Program-made: the position numbers and the translations under genes | NCBI GenBank assembly: GCA_017433855.1 | Contig: JAFRGM010000004.1 | Span: 18,025 to 82,024, forward strand | From: Candidatus Saccharimonadota bacterium | Lineage (GTDB): Bacteria > Patescibacteriota > Saccharimonadia > Saccharimonadales > Saccharimonadaceae | Direction of reading: 5' to 3' | Length of the DNA: 64,000 nucleotides | Notes under the pieces: generated by a model | Told to the model about the DNA's origin: nothing | Databases searched by the model: none | The model's input: only the letters and a program-made list of their open reading frames with translations | Shown here: positions 37,996 to 48,890 of the stretch, piece by piece | Numbering within the stretch: the stretch's first letter is position 1 | Layout of the letters: every line of letters begins with the position of its first letter

Positions 37996-38901
37996 TTAAC
38001 GACGCTTCTTATTAGTGGTGCGTTTATTTCTTGCTACTATTCCAAAGCCCACAATTCCCAGTATGAAGAATATGATTAAGCCAGTAACCAGATAGTCTTC
38101 TTTCGAGATATTAAGATTTTGGAATAACCCACCGGTGTCAGGGGCACCAGTATCCGGAATCTCCGGACAAGTTGTGGTCAAAACATATGGTTTATTGTAA
38201 AGCAGGACATCATCCTCGTACGCATACAAATATAGCGTCTCCTGGCAACCTACTTCATCCAGATTTAGAGCGATTAGCCCATCGCTGATATTCTGTAAAT
38301 AGGAACGTGTTGCATAACCAACTTGCACTCCGTCCCGTGTAACAACCTTTACTGCGTCTACATTATAACCCATGGCTGTCACTTCTACTATTGGGTCCTC
38401 ACTATCTAAGAGTTTACCCTCTACCGGAATCCAGGTAAAATCAAGATAGTCATAATATGGCGTTCCATCTAGTGCAATAGCCTTTGCCACTATAGTGTAA
38501 TCGCCGTAACCTACAAGATAGCCATCATCAAAGTGATGTACTTCTTTGAGGTCTACTACTAGGCTCTTTTCACCGAAGTCATAATCCGCATCTACAAAAG
38601 CCTCCAACCCTTCGTAGACGTGTTTTTCGCCATCGGCATCGGTGTATTCAAGCATCGTATACACACTTTGCGCAAATTCGTAAGTTAAGTCGTAAGGATA
38701 TACCTCCTCCGTCACTACTTTTTGCGCAGTAGTACTGATATCTATGTTCGGCACCGCCTCCACAACGCGCACCGTCAGAGTATCAGTTAGACTTGTTGTA
38801 GCCGAGACCTCTGGTACTGGTAAAATCGCCGCAAACGCAGTCATTGCAGCCACAATTGCCAAACCAGAGATTCCAAGAATATTCTTTTGTACTCTTTTCA
38901 T
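37996..38901 (-). CDS. Secreted surface protein with sortase-like sorting signal
   Basis: Signal peptide; IPDTGAPDTG, TM and basic tail. Confidence 0.7.
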   Translation of the reverse strand: MKRVQKNILGISGLAIVAAMTAFAAILPVPEVSATTSLTDTLTVRVVEAVPNIDISTTAQKVVTEEVYPYDLTYEFAQSVYTMLEYTDADGEKHVYEGLEAFVDADYDFGEKSLVVDLKEVHHFDDGYLVGYGDYTIVAKAIALDGTPYYDYLDFTWIPVEGKLLDSEDPIVEVTAMGYNVDAVKVVTRDGVQVGYATRSYLQNISDGLIALNLDEVGCQETLYLYAYEDDVLLYNKPYVLTTTCPEIPDTGAPDTGGLFQNLNISKEDYLVTGLIIFFILGIVGFGIVARNKRTTNKKRR

Positions 38902-38969
38902 ACTCTACACTCTTTTTATGTTTAATATTTATTTTGGCTTTGTAAGGCCTCACTCCACTGAGGCGCCGC

Positions 38970-39989
38970 CTATATCATGAATCTAGAACGGCGTTCCTTA
39001 CGCTTCCTAACTAAAATTATAATCCATATGATTATAAATGTCAACAACAAAATCACAGCCACCAATATCGGAATTGGTAAAATCATAATTAATTTTGAAA
39101 TAGTCTCTGTCTTGCCGGCTGCTGTTACTGTCCAGGTAGTTCTAAAAAAGCCAAAATATGGTGTTTCTTCCCAAACATCCGATATTGTTAGCTCGGTTTC
39201 AGGAATTACTGATACTAGCCCCCTTGTGCCAGTAGTGCGGTAGAGCGTCTGGCCAAACAGATTCTCCACTTTTAGCTCACCCTGAGCTGTAAAATCTACG
39301 TTACCATTGTTCTTGATTTTGGCAGCAGCATTAATTAGGCTTACCGTTGTCTTCTTATCTTCACCACGCTCCAGCGTTTGACCAATGCTGAGATTCCTAA
39401 TCTCTGACTCCACGATGGTTTCGCCATTGGAGCGCCCGTAGACTACTAGACCCGGGCTAGCTTCCGTCCTGATACCAGAGCCAGCGGCATCACTCGAGAT
39501 TGTTCGCGCAAACAATACGGCATACTGACCGCCGTTGGGAATGCTAGCTGGAGTCTTAATGCGATAGCTCACCTCAATGCTCTCACCCGCCGGCACTTTA
39601 TACCGAGCGCGTTCCTTGTAATTCCCCTCGGTGTCTTTAAATGTAATCCATCTAGTAATTTGTGTGTAATTATTTTGGGTGCTAAAGCCCAATTTATATT
39701 CATCGTCTGTTTCTGAATATGAATAGGAATAAGGAGAAGCATAAGTCTCAAATTCTAAGGTCCCGCTACCGTTATTAGTAATCACAAAAACATCATCGTA
39801 GATAGTGTTTGGCAATAGTTGCAGAATCTTGCTTACGGGACTAATACTGATACTTGTAGAAGCCGCATTGCGTTCTTCGGTCACTGCCTCTTCTGTTTCC
39901 TCCGCCCAGACAGATTGTGGCAACATTACAAATGACCCCAGTAACACAGCTAGCCCAATCGCTAGCAATTTTATAGCAGCTCTCTTCAT
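38970..39989 (-). CDS. DUF916/WxL-interacting-like surface protein
   Basis: Signal peptide; ISISP, NNG, GGQYA, KNNGNVD; C-terminal TM plus basic tail. Confidence 0.65.
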   Translation of the reverse strand: MKRAAIKLLAIGLAVLLGSFVMLPQSVWAEETEEAVTEERNAASTSISISPVSKILQLLPNTIYDDVFVITNNGSGTLEFETYASPYSYSYSETDDEYKLGFSTQNNYTQITRWITFKDTEGNYKERARYKVPAGESIEVSYRIKTPASIPNGGQYAVLFARTISSDAAGSGIRTEASPGLVVYGRSNGETIVESEIRNLSIGQTLERGEDKKTTVSLINAAAKIKNNGNVDFTAQGELKVENLFGQTLYRTTGTRGLVSVIPETELTISDVWEETPYFGFFRTTWTVTAAGKTETISKLIMILPIPILVAVILLLTFIIIWIIILVRKRKERRSRFMI

Positions 39990-40061
39990 TTACCTCCTTT
40001 TATCTTATTTATTATAGCACACCATATACTAACTGGCTAGATTTTGTTGTATAATAACAGT

Positions 40062-41045
40062 ATGCGTAGTAGAAGCACCAAAATCGTCAGTGCATTTATG
40101 GCTGTAGCGCTACTTATCGGCGTTGGTGTTTTTGTTGCTGCTAGATTATCTTCCGTTAAGCCCTCTGCGAGTATTATTGCCTCAAACTTTATTGGCTACG
40201 ATTTTGCCCGTGCTATCACTGGCGAAGCAAGCGAAGTTACTATGCTCTTAAAGCCTGGCACTGAAGCTCACGCCTACGAACCTACGCCTGAGGATATTAT
40301 CAACATTCAAAAAGCCGACCTCTTTATCTATGTGGGTGGCGAATCGGATACTTGGATTGAAGACCTTATTTTGGACAATGAGATTTCCGCGCAACATATC
40401 CTGCGGCTTATGGATTATGTAGAAGTCAAAACAGAAGAATTGGTAGAAGGTATGGACAGCGAAGCGGAGCATGATCATGACTCCGACCACGACCACGGCT
40501 CGGATGCTCTAGACGTAGAATATGACGAGCACATCTGGACTAGTCCAGTTAATGCGATACGGTTGGTTGATAGCATTAAGACTAAGCTCATCATGCTGCA
40601 TCCAGATAAGGCGGCGCTCTACAATGAGAATGCTGCTGCCTATGTAAAGCAGCTATATTCCATCGACCAGTCAATTCGTGATATTGTGGCAAGTAGCAAT
40701 AAGAACACACTGGTTTTCGCCGACCGCTTTCCGTTTCGCTACTTTGTGGATGAATATGGTCTAGATTATTACGCCGCCTTCCCTGGCTGTGCTGAACAAA
40801 CCGAGGCCAGCAGTAAAACCATCGCCTTCCTCATTGATAAAACTAATAATATGCATATTGGGACGATTCTTAAGATTGAACTTACATCTAGTCGTCTTGC
40901 CGAGAGTATTGCTGCCGAAACCGGCGCCCAGGTTTTAGAGCTTCATGCCGGACACAATATTGCGGAAGCAGATTTTGACCGTGGGGTTACTTATGTTGAC
41001 ATTTTACGCCACAACGTAGAAGTTTTGAAGGAAGCATTGAAATGA
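40062..41045 (+). CDS. znuA: Zn/Mn ABC transporter substrate-binding protein
   Basis: EAHAYEP, His-rich loop, DEHIW. Confidence 0.9.
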   Translation: MRSRSTKIVSAFMAVALLIGVGVFVAARLSSVKPSASIIASNFIGYDFARAITGEASEVTMLLKPGTEAHAYEPTPEDIINIQKADLFIYVGGESDTWIEDLILDNEISAQHILRLMDYVEVKTEELVEGMDSEAEHDHDSDHDHGSDALDVEYDEHIWTSPVNAIRLVDSIKTKLIMLHPDKAALYNENAAAYVKQLYSIDQSIRDIVASSNKNTLVFADRFPFRYFVDEYGLDYYAAFPGCAEQTEASSKTIAFLIDKTNNMHIGTILKIELTSSRLAESIAAETGAQVLELHAGHNIAEADFDRGVTYVDILRHNVEVLKEALK

Positions 41046-41719
41046 CCCCAATTATTTCTGCCACCAACTTAACTGTCGCCTATGGCAAAAATCAGGTTAT
41101 ACATTCCGCTTCGTTTGCGGTCTTGGAACAAGATTTTGTTTGTGTGGTCGGAGCTAATGGTTCGGGCAAAAGTACGCTCATCAAAACAATTTTAGGGCTG
41201 ATTAAGCCAAAATCTGGCAAAATTACTTTTGGCAGCAGTATTACTCGGCGGTCAATTGGTTTTATGCCACAAGATGTCATGATAGATGCCAACTTTCCGG
41301 CCACAGTCTACGAAATTGTACTGTCTGGCACTTTGGGTAGCTCCGACTCACGATTTTTTTATCGCAAGAAAGATAAACTACGTGCGGCAAATGTATTGGC
41401 AAAGCTTAAAATCGCCAATCTAAAAAACACCAGTTTTTCTGATTTATCTGGTGGCCAAAAGCAAAAAGTATTGTTGGCTCGGGCGCTTGCTGCTACATCT
41501 AAGATTCTAATTCTAGATGAGCCATCCAATAACCTAGATCGCAAATCGCGCCAAGAGTTTTACAAAACACTCAAAAAAATGAACGCTGATGGACTTACGA
41601 TTATTATGATCACGCACGACTTAGACGCAGAAGATTTGATCGGTAATAAAATAATTAGCATCAATGGTGGCAAGGTTTCTTGTGAGACCACTGCTAACTT
41701 CCTTGGGAGGTATCAATGA
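41042..41719 (+). CDS. znuC: Zn/Mn ABC transporter ATPase
   Basis: GANGSGKS, LSGGQ, LDEP. Confidence 0.9.
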   Translation: MTPIISATNLTVAYGKNQVIHSASFAVLEQDFVCVVGANGSGKSTLIKTILGLIKPKSGKITFGSSITRRSIGFMPQDVMIDANFPATVYEIVLSGTLGSSDSRFFYRKKDKLRAANVLAKLKIANLKNTSFSDLSGGQKQKVLLARALAATSKILILDEPSNNLDRKSRQEFYKTLKKMNADGLTIIMITHDLDAEDLIGNKIISINGGKVSCETTANFLGRYQ

Positions 41720-42519
41720 GTTGGTTTATTGAAATGATGTCCTATACTTTTATGCAGCGCGCACTCATTGTGGGTGTTTTAGTCTCTATCTGTGCGGCCC
41801 TTATTGGTGTGTCGCTTGTGCTACGTAGAAATTCCATGATTGGTGATGGTTTATCTCACGCGGCCTTTGGTGCCTTTGCGATTGCTTCCGTTCTAAACCT
41901 AGCCCCACTATGGTTTGCAATTCCAGTGGTTATTGCTATTTCGTTTCTAGTCTTAAGGTTTAATAATAATCAAAAAATCAATGGCGATGCTCTCATTGCA
42001 CTTTTGTCCGCTTCGAGTCTTGCTATCGGTACTATTGCTATTTCTGTTGTAGATGGTGTCAATGTTGATTTGAATAGCTACTTGTTTGGGAGTATTCTCT
42101 CAACGAGCTGGAGTGATATTTGGCTAAGTCTTATTGTTACAATAGCCGTAGTATTGCTCTATCTTTTTGCACATAATCGCATCTTTGCAATTACTTTTGA
42201 TGAAGATTTTGCTAAAGCCGTTGGTGTTAAAACTGGCTTCTATGATGCTCTGTTTGCGGCAATCTGCTCGGTGGTTGTAGTGCTCGGTATGAGATTGCTT
42301 GGTGCATTGCTCATTTCCAGCCTCATTATCTTCCCTACAGTAATATCCATGCGTTTTGCCAAATCGTTCAGGAAGGTTGTTTTGTTTTCTGTTATAATCT
42401 CGGTAGTTAATTTTATGGTTGGGCTGACGTTGTCGTATCTTATCTCTGCCCCCACTGGCGCCACCGTCGTAGCTGTTAATCTGCTAGTACTCATAATAAC
42501 TTTGCTTATAAAAAAATAA
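41716..42519 (+). CDS. znuB: Zn/Mn ABC transporter permease
   Basis: GDGLSH, YLFGSIL, multiple TMs. Confidence 0.9.
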   Translation: MSWFIEMMSYTFMQRALIVGVLVSICAALIGVSLVLRRNSMIGDGLSHAAFGAFAIASVLNLAPLWFAIPVVIAISFLVLRFNNNQKINGDALIALLSASSLAIGTIAISVVDGVNVDLNSYLFGSILSTSWSDIWLSLIVTIAVVLLYLFAHNRIFAITFDEDFAKAVGVKTGFYDALFAAICSVVVVLGMRLLGALLISSLIIFPTVISMRFAKSFRKVVLFSVIISVVNFMVGLTLSYLISAPTGATVVAVNLLVLIITLLIKK

Positions 42520-42620
42520 AGACCCTTCTGGAGTCTTGGTGCGCCTGACTAGACTCGCTCCGAAGGACCGAGTCGTAAAAAAAGACCCTTCTGGAGTCTT
42601 GGTGCGCCTGACTAGACTCG
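42518..42620 (-). repeat. 40-bp direct repeat of tRNA-Leu 3' end plus terminator with 23-bp spacer
   Basis: AAAGACCCTTCTGGAGTCTTGGTGCGCCTGACTAGACTCG at 42518 and 42581. Confidence 0.92.
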
Positions 42621-42690
42621 AACTAGCACAGCCGTGAATCTGGCCACTACCACCTCAAGGTAGCGTGTCTACCAATTCCACCACAGGCGC
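42600..42690 (-). tRNA. tRNA-Leu(GAG)
   Basis: GCGCCTG...CTACC-TT-GAG-GT-GGTAG, long variable arm, CTAGTTCGAGTCTAG, CAGGCGCACCA. Confidence 0.95.
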
Positions 42691-42716
42691 ATATCATTAT
42701 TATACCACTAGGAATC

Positions 42717-44453
42717 CTACGGTGTCAAGTTCTTTGCGCCTCTCGCCACCGCCCAATTCGTTACGTCCATAAATCTATCAAGTGCAGTCACATAGTTGGC
42801 ATCACGATTAAACGCCCGCACGTTTTTATTCACGACGTAAGTCAAATTAGCACGATACAATCCTATCGCCGGCACTTCGTTCACCCAATATTCCAAAAAC
42901 GACTCGTATTTTTTGGCGCGCAAGTCTGCGCTGAGGGTTTCTCTTGCTCCCACTAGCAAATCATCTACAATTGAATTATGGTAATTAGATAGGTTTAGCC
43001 CAGACGTCGCAGTCTGCGAGGAATGATAATACGGCAAGAGGTCCGGATCCGCACCTAATTCGATTTCGTAGACCAAAATATCATAGGCCCGCCTAGATAT
43101 AATATTGGCAATAAATTCTTGTGTTTCCTCATAAACTGTTACTGTGGCATTAGCGCCAAGCTGAGTGAGCTGCTCCTTAATGTTGGTAGCCACTGCCGGC
43201 AAAAAACCAGTATTCACTGTTACGATGTTAATTGTGGAGCCATCGGAGCTTGCTAGTTCGCTCAGCTTAGTGCGAGCTGCTTCTGGGTTGCTCGCTGGTA
43301 AAGCTGGATAGCTGCTAAGCTCAATCTGTGAGCTTAGCAATGGATAATCTAGGGCTTCCGTATCTGGCGCCACGCTGCGCACGCTAGCCATGTCTAGCCC
43401 TTCGCGTACCGCTTGCCGTACGCTAGTGTCGCGCATCACTCCACTGCTGGTATTCATGAATGCAAATACCCCAGCATTTACTGGCACGTCCAATCTTGTA
43501 AAATTGCTCGCCGTCACGCGCGTAGCCTCACTGCCAGACAGCGCTGCCGTAGCCGTCACCGCGCCAGAATTGAGCGCTGTAATAACACTTTCCTTATCTT
43601 GGTAAGTGTGCACACCAAAACTTGCCAGCAACGATGTATTCATATAATAATACGGATTGCTAGATAAGTACACAATTACATCATCAACGGTATTTGTGGT
43701 CTGCGTGGCATTAAAACAAAATGCCCCACTTGTTACTGGCGCCACCGAAAAACTATCCTCCACCAAAGTCTTATAATCTGCATCGTCAAGCTCGTGCTTA
43801 GGAACAATCGGGATTTCTAGCGCAGAAGCAAAATCGGCATAGGCCGAGGCCAGCGTGAAGGTTATTTCGCCCCGCTCATTTTCGCGCACCACTACGTTTT
43901 CCAGGTTTGAATCATAAATGGTATTTACGGCTGGATTTTGGATTAATGCCATAGTAAACATTACATCTTCGTTTGTGAGAGGCTGCCCGTCCGACCACTG
44001 CAGATTATCGCGCAGCTTCACCGTCCACACCTTGCCATCCTCACTGGCTCGTATCGATTGCGCCAAGCCAATGCCAGGGTGACCCGAATAATCATTAGTG
44101 ACTAGGGTTGCAAACATTAGCCGACTCAAAGTTTTTTCACTTGAGGTAGTAGCAAAAAGCGGATTCAAGGAATTAATACGCCCCACCGTGGCCTCAACAT
44201 AGGTGCCGCCACTCACGAAAGTGTCCTCAGCGTACGACCTACTAAACCAAAATGCCTGCGCTGCAGATAATAACACGAGCGCCAAAACCAGCAAAGACCA
44301 TTCAAAAATTAGCAATCTAATATTTTGGATATGCGAAAAACGCTGAAACACATTCTCCTTAATGTGTTCCTTGCTCTCCTCGCCAACCTTAACAGACGTT
44401 TTAGAAAATCGCCTTACAAATTTTTGCCCACGCTTTTTAAGAGAGTTTGCCAT
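42717..44453 (-). CDS. Peptide ABC transporter substrate-binding protein (family 5)
   Basis: SLNPLF, W.VKLRDNLQWSDGQPLT..DV.FT, YHSSQ. Confidence 0.88.
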   Translation of the reverse strand: MANSLKKRGQKFVRRFSKTSVKVGEESKEHIKENVFQRFSHIQNIRLLIFEWSLLVLALVLLSAAQAFWFSRSYAEDTFVSGGTYVEATVGRINSLNPLFATTSSEKTLSRLMFATLVTNDYSGHPGIGLAQSIRASEDGKVWTVKLRDNLQWSDGQPLTNEDVMFTMALIQNPAVNTIYDSNLENVVVRENERGEITFTLASAYADFASALEIPIVPKHELDDADYKTLVEDSFSVAPVTSGAFCFNATQTTNTVDDVIVYLSSNPYYYMNTSLLASFGVHTYQDKESVITALNSGAVTATAALSGSEATRVTASNFTRLDVPVNAGVFAFMNTSSGVMRDTSVRQAVREGLDMASVRSVAPDTEALDYPLLSSQIELSSYPALPASNPEAARTKLSELASSDGSTINIVTVNTGFLPAVATNIKEQLTQLGANATVTVYEETQEFIANIISRRAYDILVYEIELGADPDLLPYYHSSQTATSGLNLSNYHNSIVDDLLVGARETLSADLRAKKYESFLEYWVNEVPAIGLYRANLTYVVNKNVRAFNRDANYVTALDRFMDVTNWAVARGAKNLTP

Positions 44454-44462
44454 TAATATCCT

Positions 44463-44690
44463 TTATGCTGGTATAATCAGTATTCCTACAATAGACAATA
44501 CAAAGATTACTGCAAAAACCACAGTCGCTACAAATAATGATTTCTCTAGCCCTCTACGCGTAGTGTATAATTCTCCGCTACTACCAAAACCTGCCCCAAG
44601 AGATGCTCCGCGCTGTTGCAAGAGTACCAACAGAATAGTCAAAAAAGCCGAGATAAACGTTACGATTTCCAGAAAACTTCCTATTTGCAT
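44463..44690 (-). CDS. secG: Preprotein translocase subunit SecG
   Basis: VLLQQRGASLGAGFG...TRRGLEK, two TMs. Confidence 0.9.
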   Translation of the reverse strand: MQIGSFLEIVTFISAFLTILLVLLQQRGASLGAGFGSSGELYTTRRGLEKSLFVATVVFAVIFVLSIVGILIIPA

Positions 44691-44707
44691 ATCACTCCTA
44701 TCTAACC

Positions 44708-45964
44708 CTATTTTAGCATACCTTTACGTTTGAGTAAAGAATGATAAGTGATGGCAAACCGATGCGATTCTTCATCTATCCGCGCAATTAGTCGCGCCAC
44801 ATGCGAGGCCGCAGAAAGTTCGTGTGTCACCCCATCACTAGTCACTAGCTGCACTCTAGTATTATGCGAATGGTCGCCCGATTTATTGCGCCCTACCACT
44901 GGGATATTATAAGGCTCAAGCAGTGGCCGGATGGCATTAACCTGCCCAATCCCACCATCTAGCACAATTAAATCCGGAAACTCCCACTCTTTGTGTTTAA
45001 GACGCCGCGTAATCACCTCTGCCATGCTTTTCAGATCATCATTAGTGGAGGTTCTGATTTTGAACTTGCGATATTCGCTTCTGGCCGACGCTCCATTAAT
45101 GAACGCTACCATACTCGCCACAGTATTCGTACCAGATTGATGTGAAATGTCATACCCTTCAATGCGACGCGGTGGCTTTTCTAGTCCAAGCATTTTTTGC
45201 AGTTGACTCAAAGCCTGGTCCGAAGAAATATCCAAAAACTCCTTGTCAGAAAATACGATTTTTTTCTTTAACTCTTTAAGCCCAAAAAGCTGATCGCGCG
45301 CCTCGGCTGCCAGCTCGTAATTTCCGGCCGCCGCCTCTTTTTGCATAGTTTTATCAAGCTCCTTTAATAGCTTGTCGCGGTCCCCTTCTAGGTATCTAAT
45401 CAGCTTGCGCAGATTGCGTTTGTAGTCCGCGGGGGTACATCTCCCCACCTCAATCCCCGGTGTTAGTTTTAAATCAGTGTCCAAAGTTTTTTTACCATCA
45501 TATGGCTTGGTGTAATATGAAAAGATTTTTCGTAGCATTCGCACGGCCTTTTCCACCGCAGATTTACCATAAAACGGCCCGATATAAGTCGCTCCATCAT
45601 CTACCGGGTTTCGTGTAAAACTAATATCTGGTACTTCCAGGTTCATCGAGATTCTCACGTAGGATACAGTCTTGTCGTCGCGCAAAAGAATGTTCCACTT
45701 TGGCATATAGCGCTTGATCATTTCAGATTCCAAAAATAGCGCGTCCATTTCGGTATCTACCACAATCCAATCGGTATCACATATTTCACGCACCAGCGCT
45801 TCGGTTTTAACGTCCTTTTGCGAATGTTGAAAATATTGCCGCACCCGGTTTTTTAGTACCGCGGCCTTGCCCACATAAATAATTTCGCCCGCAGCGTTCT
45901 TATGAAAATAAACTCCCGGCTCCACCGGGAGTTTACTCAGTTTTTGTTTTAACCTCTCATCCAT
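44708..45964 (-). CDS. uvrC: Excinuclease ABC subunit C (short, no HhH tail)
   Basis: PGVY...IIYVGKA, RIEGYDISH, PDLIVLDGG. Confidence 0.93.
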   Translation of the reverse strand: MDERLKQKLSKLPVEPGVYFHKNAAGEIIYVGKAAVLKNRVRQYFQHSQKDVKTEALVREICDTDWIVVDTEMDALFLESEMIKRYMPKWNILLRDDKTVSYVRISMNLEVPDISFTRNPVDDGATYIGPFYGKSAVEKAVRMLRKIFSYYTKPYDGKKTLDTDLKLTPGIEVGRCTPADYKRNLRKLIRYLEGDRDKLLKELDKTMQKEAAAGNYELAAEARDQLFGLKELKKKIVFSDKEFLDISSDQALSQLQKMLGLEKPPRRIEGYDISHQSGTNTVASMVAFINGASARSEYRKFKIRTSTNDDLKSMAEVITRRLKHKEWEFPDLIVLDGGIGQVNAIRPLLEPYNIPVVGRNKSGDHSHNTRVQLVTSDGVTHELSAASHVARLIARIDEESHRFAITYHSLLKRKGMLK

Positions 45965-46003
45965 ATTTCCATTATAGCACACTTTGGCTAAAAAGTCAAT
46001 ACT

Positions 46004-47308
46004 CTACTCTGTTACGACCTCAAATTCCAAAGGTATTCCGCCGTAAAACTCGGTAAGCAATCTCTCTAGCACGTTGCTTAAGGTAATATAAAGCTCCGGC
46101 TCATCAATTGTTACTGAGGTAGGGTATCCTATCGCTACGTCTGCCACCACCGAGGCCTCCTCGAGGTCTAAATCCAAATATAAGCGTGTAAACTTGTTGT
46201 TGTCGTTTACCTCTACATAGATTTCTGGAAAATGGCTAACTAGCTCCTCTATCTCTGCTACCGTGCTGTCATCACTAATAGCCGTCTCTTCAGTACAGGC
46301 CAGCAAAGAGTTTATAAAACCCTTGTTGTCCATATCGTTAATAAAGCTAGTTAACTTGGCGTTATCAAACCCAATTCTGTAGAGAGTATCGTTCTTCTGC
46401 GCAATTGGGATATTGCCTTCGGAGTAGACCAAGAAGGGATTAGCATTATAATCGGCCGTAAAGCTATCAGTAAACTCACCAAGTTTTCCTGCCGCATTAA
46501 CAAAGCAAACCACTGGGCTGTCTAGGCCGTAAATATCGGTTGTATTGCTAAAGTCGCTACCTGGTATCATGACCCATTCGTTGTCAATCGCTTCAAACAC
46601 GCCAATCGATTCCATAAGGGGCGATTCTAATAGGTCTGGCTCACTATATTCTACTATCTGGTCCGCAACGCGGCTTAATCTCAAATACAAATCGCCATCC
46701 TTGGTGTGGATTTCTTCGGCATTAAACTTAAATTCGCGTTCATCCTCAAAAGTGGCCGTAACGGTAGCCTTGGTAAAGTTCTCGCCATTGCGATTATTAA
46801 GGCCAGAGTCAAAATCTACCACCAGCTTAGCTACCTCAGATTCTACCTTTGGCTCCACCGTGACCGTCCCGGTAAGTGACAGCATCTTTGGCGCGCCATT
46901 TTCTACCAAGTCGCTCATAGCGGCATCCATCTTGGACTCCGTCTGAAACGGCTTAAACACCAGTAGTGCCACTACGGCCGCCACAGTAGCGAGCAAAATT
47001 ATAACCACAGCTACTATTGCACCGGCTTTATGCTTCTTTTTGGGGATAGTTTCCTCGGGCAGAGGTGAGTTTTCTGGCGCTAAAACTTCTGGTGTCTGTG
47101 CGCTCTCTGCGGATGCAAATTCTACTATTTTACGCTCGCCTTGTGCCGCCGCTTCGCGCTCGGCGCGCATTGATGCGGCAAGTTCTTCAATGGAAGGCTG
47201 TTTTGCCGGCTCTGGTGTTGTGGTCAGCGCTGGCTTCTCAGTTGGCTCTGGACCTGTTGGCGCTGGCTTCTCGGTTGGCTCTGGTGCCCCACCCGGGTTA
47301 TCGTTCAT
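46004..47308 (-). CDS. Hypothetical single-pass membrane protein with Pro-rich N-terminus
   Basis: PEPTEKPA repeated; TM; AGGAG RBS. Confidence 0.7.
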   Translation of the reverse strand: MNDNPGGAPEPTEKPAPTGPEPTEKPALTTTPEPAKQPSIEELAASMRAEREAAAQGERKIVEFASAESAQTPEVLAPENSPLPEETIPKKKHKAGAIVAVVIILLATVAAVVALLVFKPFQTESKMDAAMSDLVENGAPKMLSLTGTVTVEPKVESEVAKLVVDFDSGLNNRNGENFTKATVTATFEDEREFKFNAEEIHTKDGDLYLRLSRVADQIVEYSEPDLLESPLMESIGVFEAIDNEWVMIPGSDFSNTTDIYGLDSPVVCFVNAAGKLGEFTDSFTADYNANPFLVYSEGNIPIAQKNDTLYRIGFDNAKLTSFINDMDNKGFINSLLACTEETAISDDSTVAEIEELVSHFPEIYVEVNDNNKFTRLYLDLDLEEASVVADVAIGYPTSVTIDEPELYITLSNVLERLLTEFYGGIPLEFEVVTE

Positions 47309-47365
47309 ATTGACTCCTATCTTAATATACTTATGTTTATTTTATCATATTATGCTAAAATATAA

Positions 47366-48676
<1,311 letters not shown>

Positions 48677-48680
48677 TTTA

Positions 48681-48890
48681 TTACCGCGCCACGCAACGCA
48701 CCGAGAGCCCGTCGCCGCGATAGCCGTTGCTGTAGGACAGAATGAACTCGCTGCTATCTATGCGCATGACGTACGTGCAGCTAGAGTCGTAGACCGTAGA
48801 TGACCAATAGAAGCCGCGGCTGCCGCTATTGCCAAGCATGCCGCCGTAGTAGACGTAGCCTGCGCGCACTAACCATAGAGGGTAGCCATT
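48681..48890 (-). repeat. Putative DGR variable repeat (VR-B)
   Basis: See VR-A; differences concentrated at codon positions 1-2. Confidence 0.7.
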
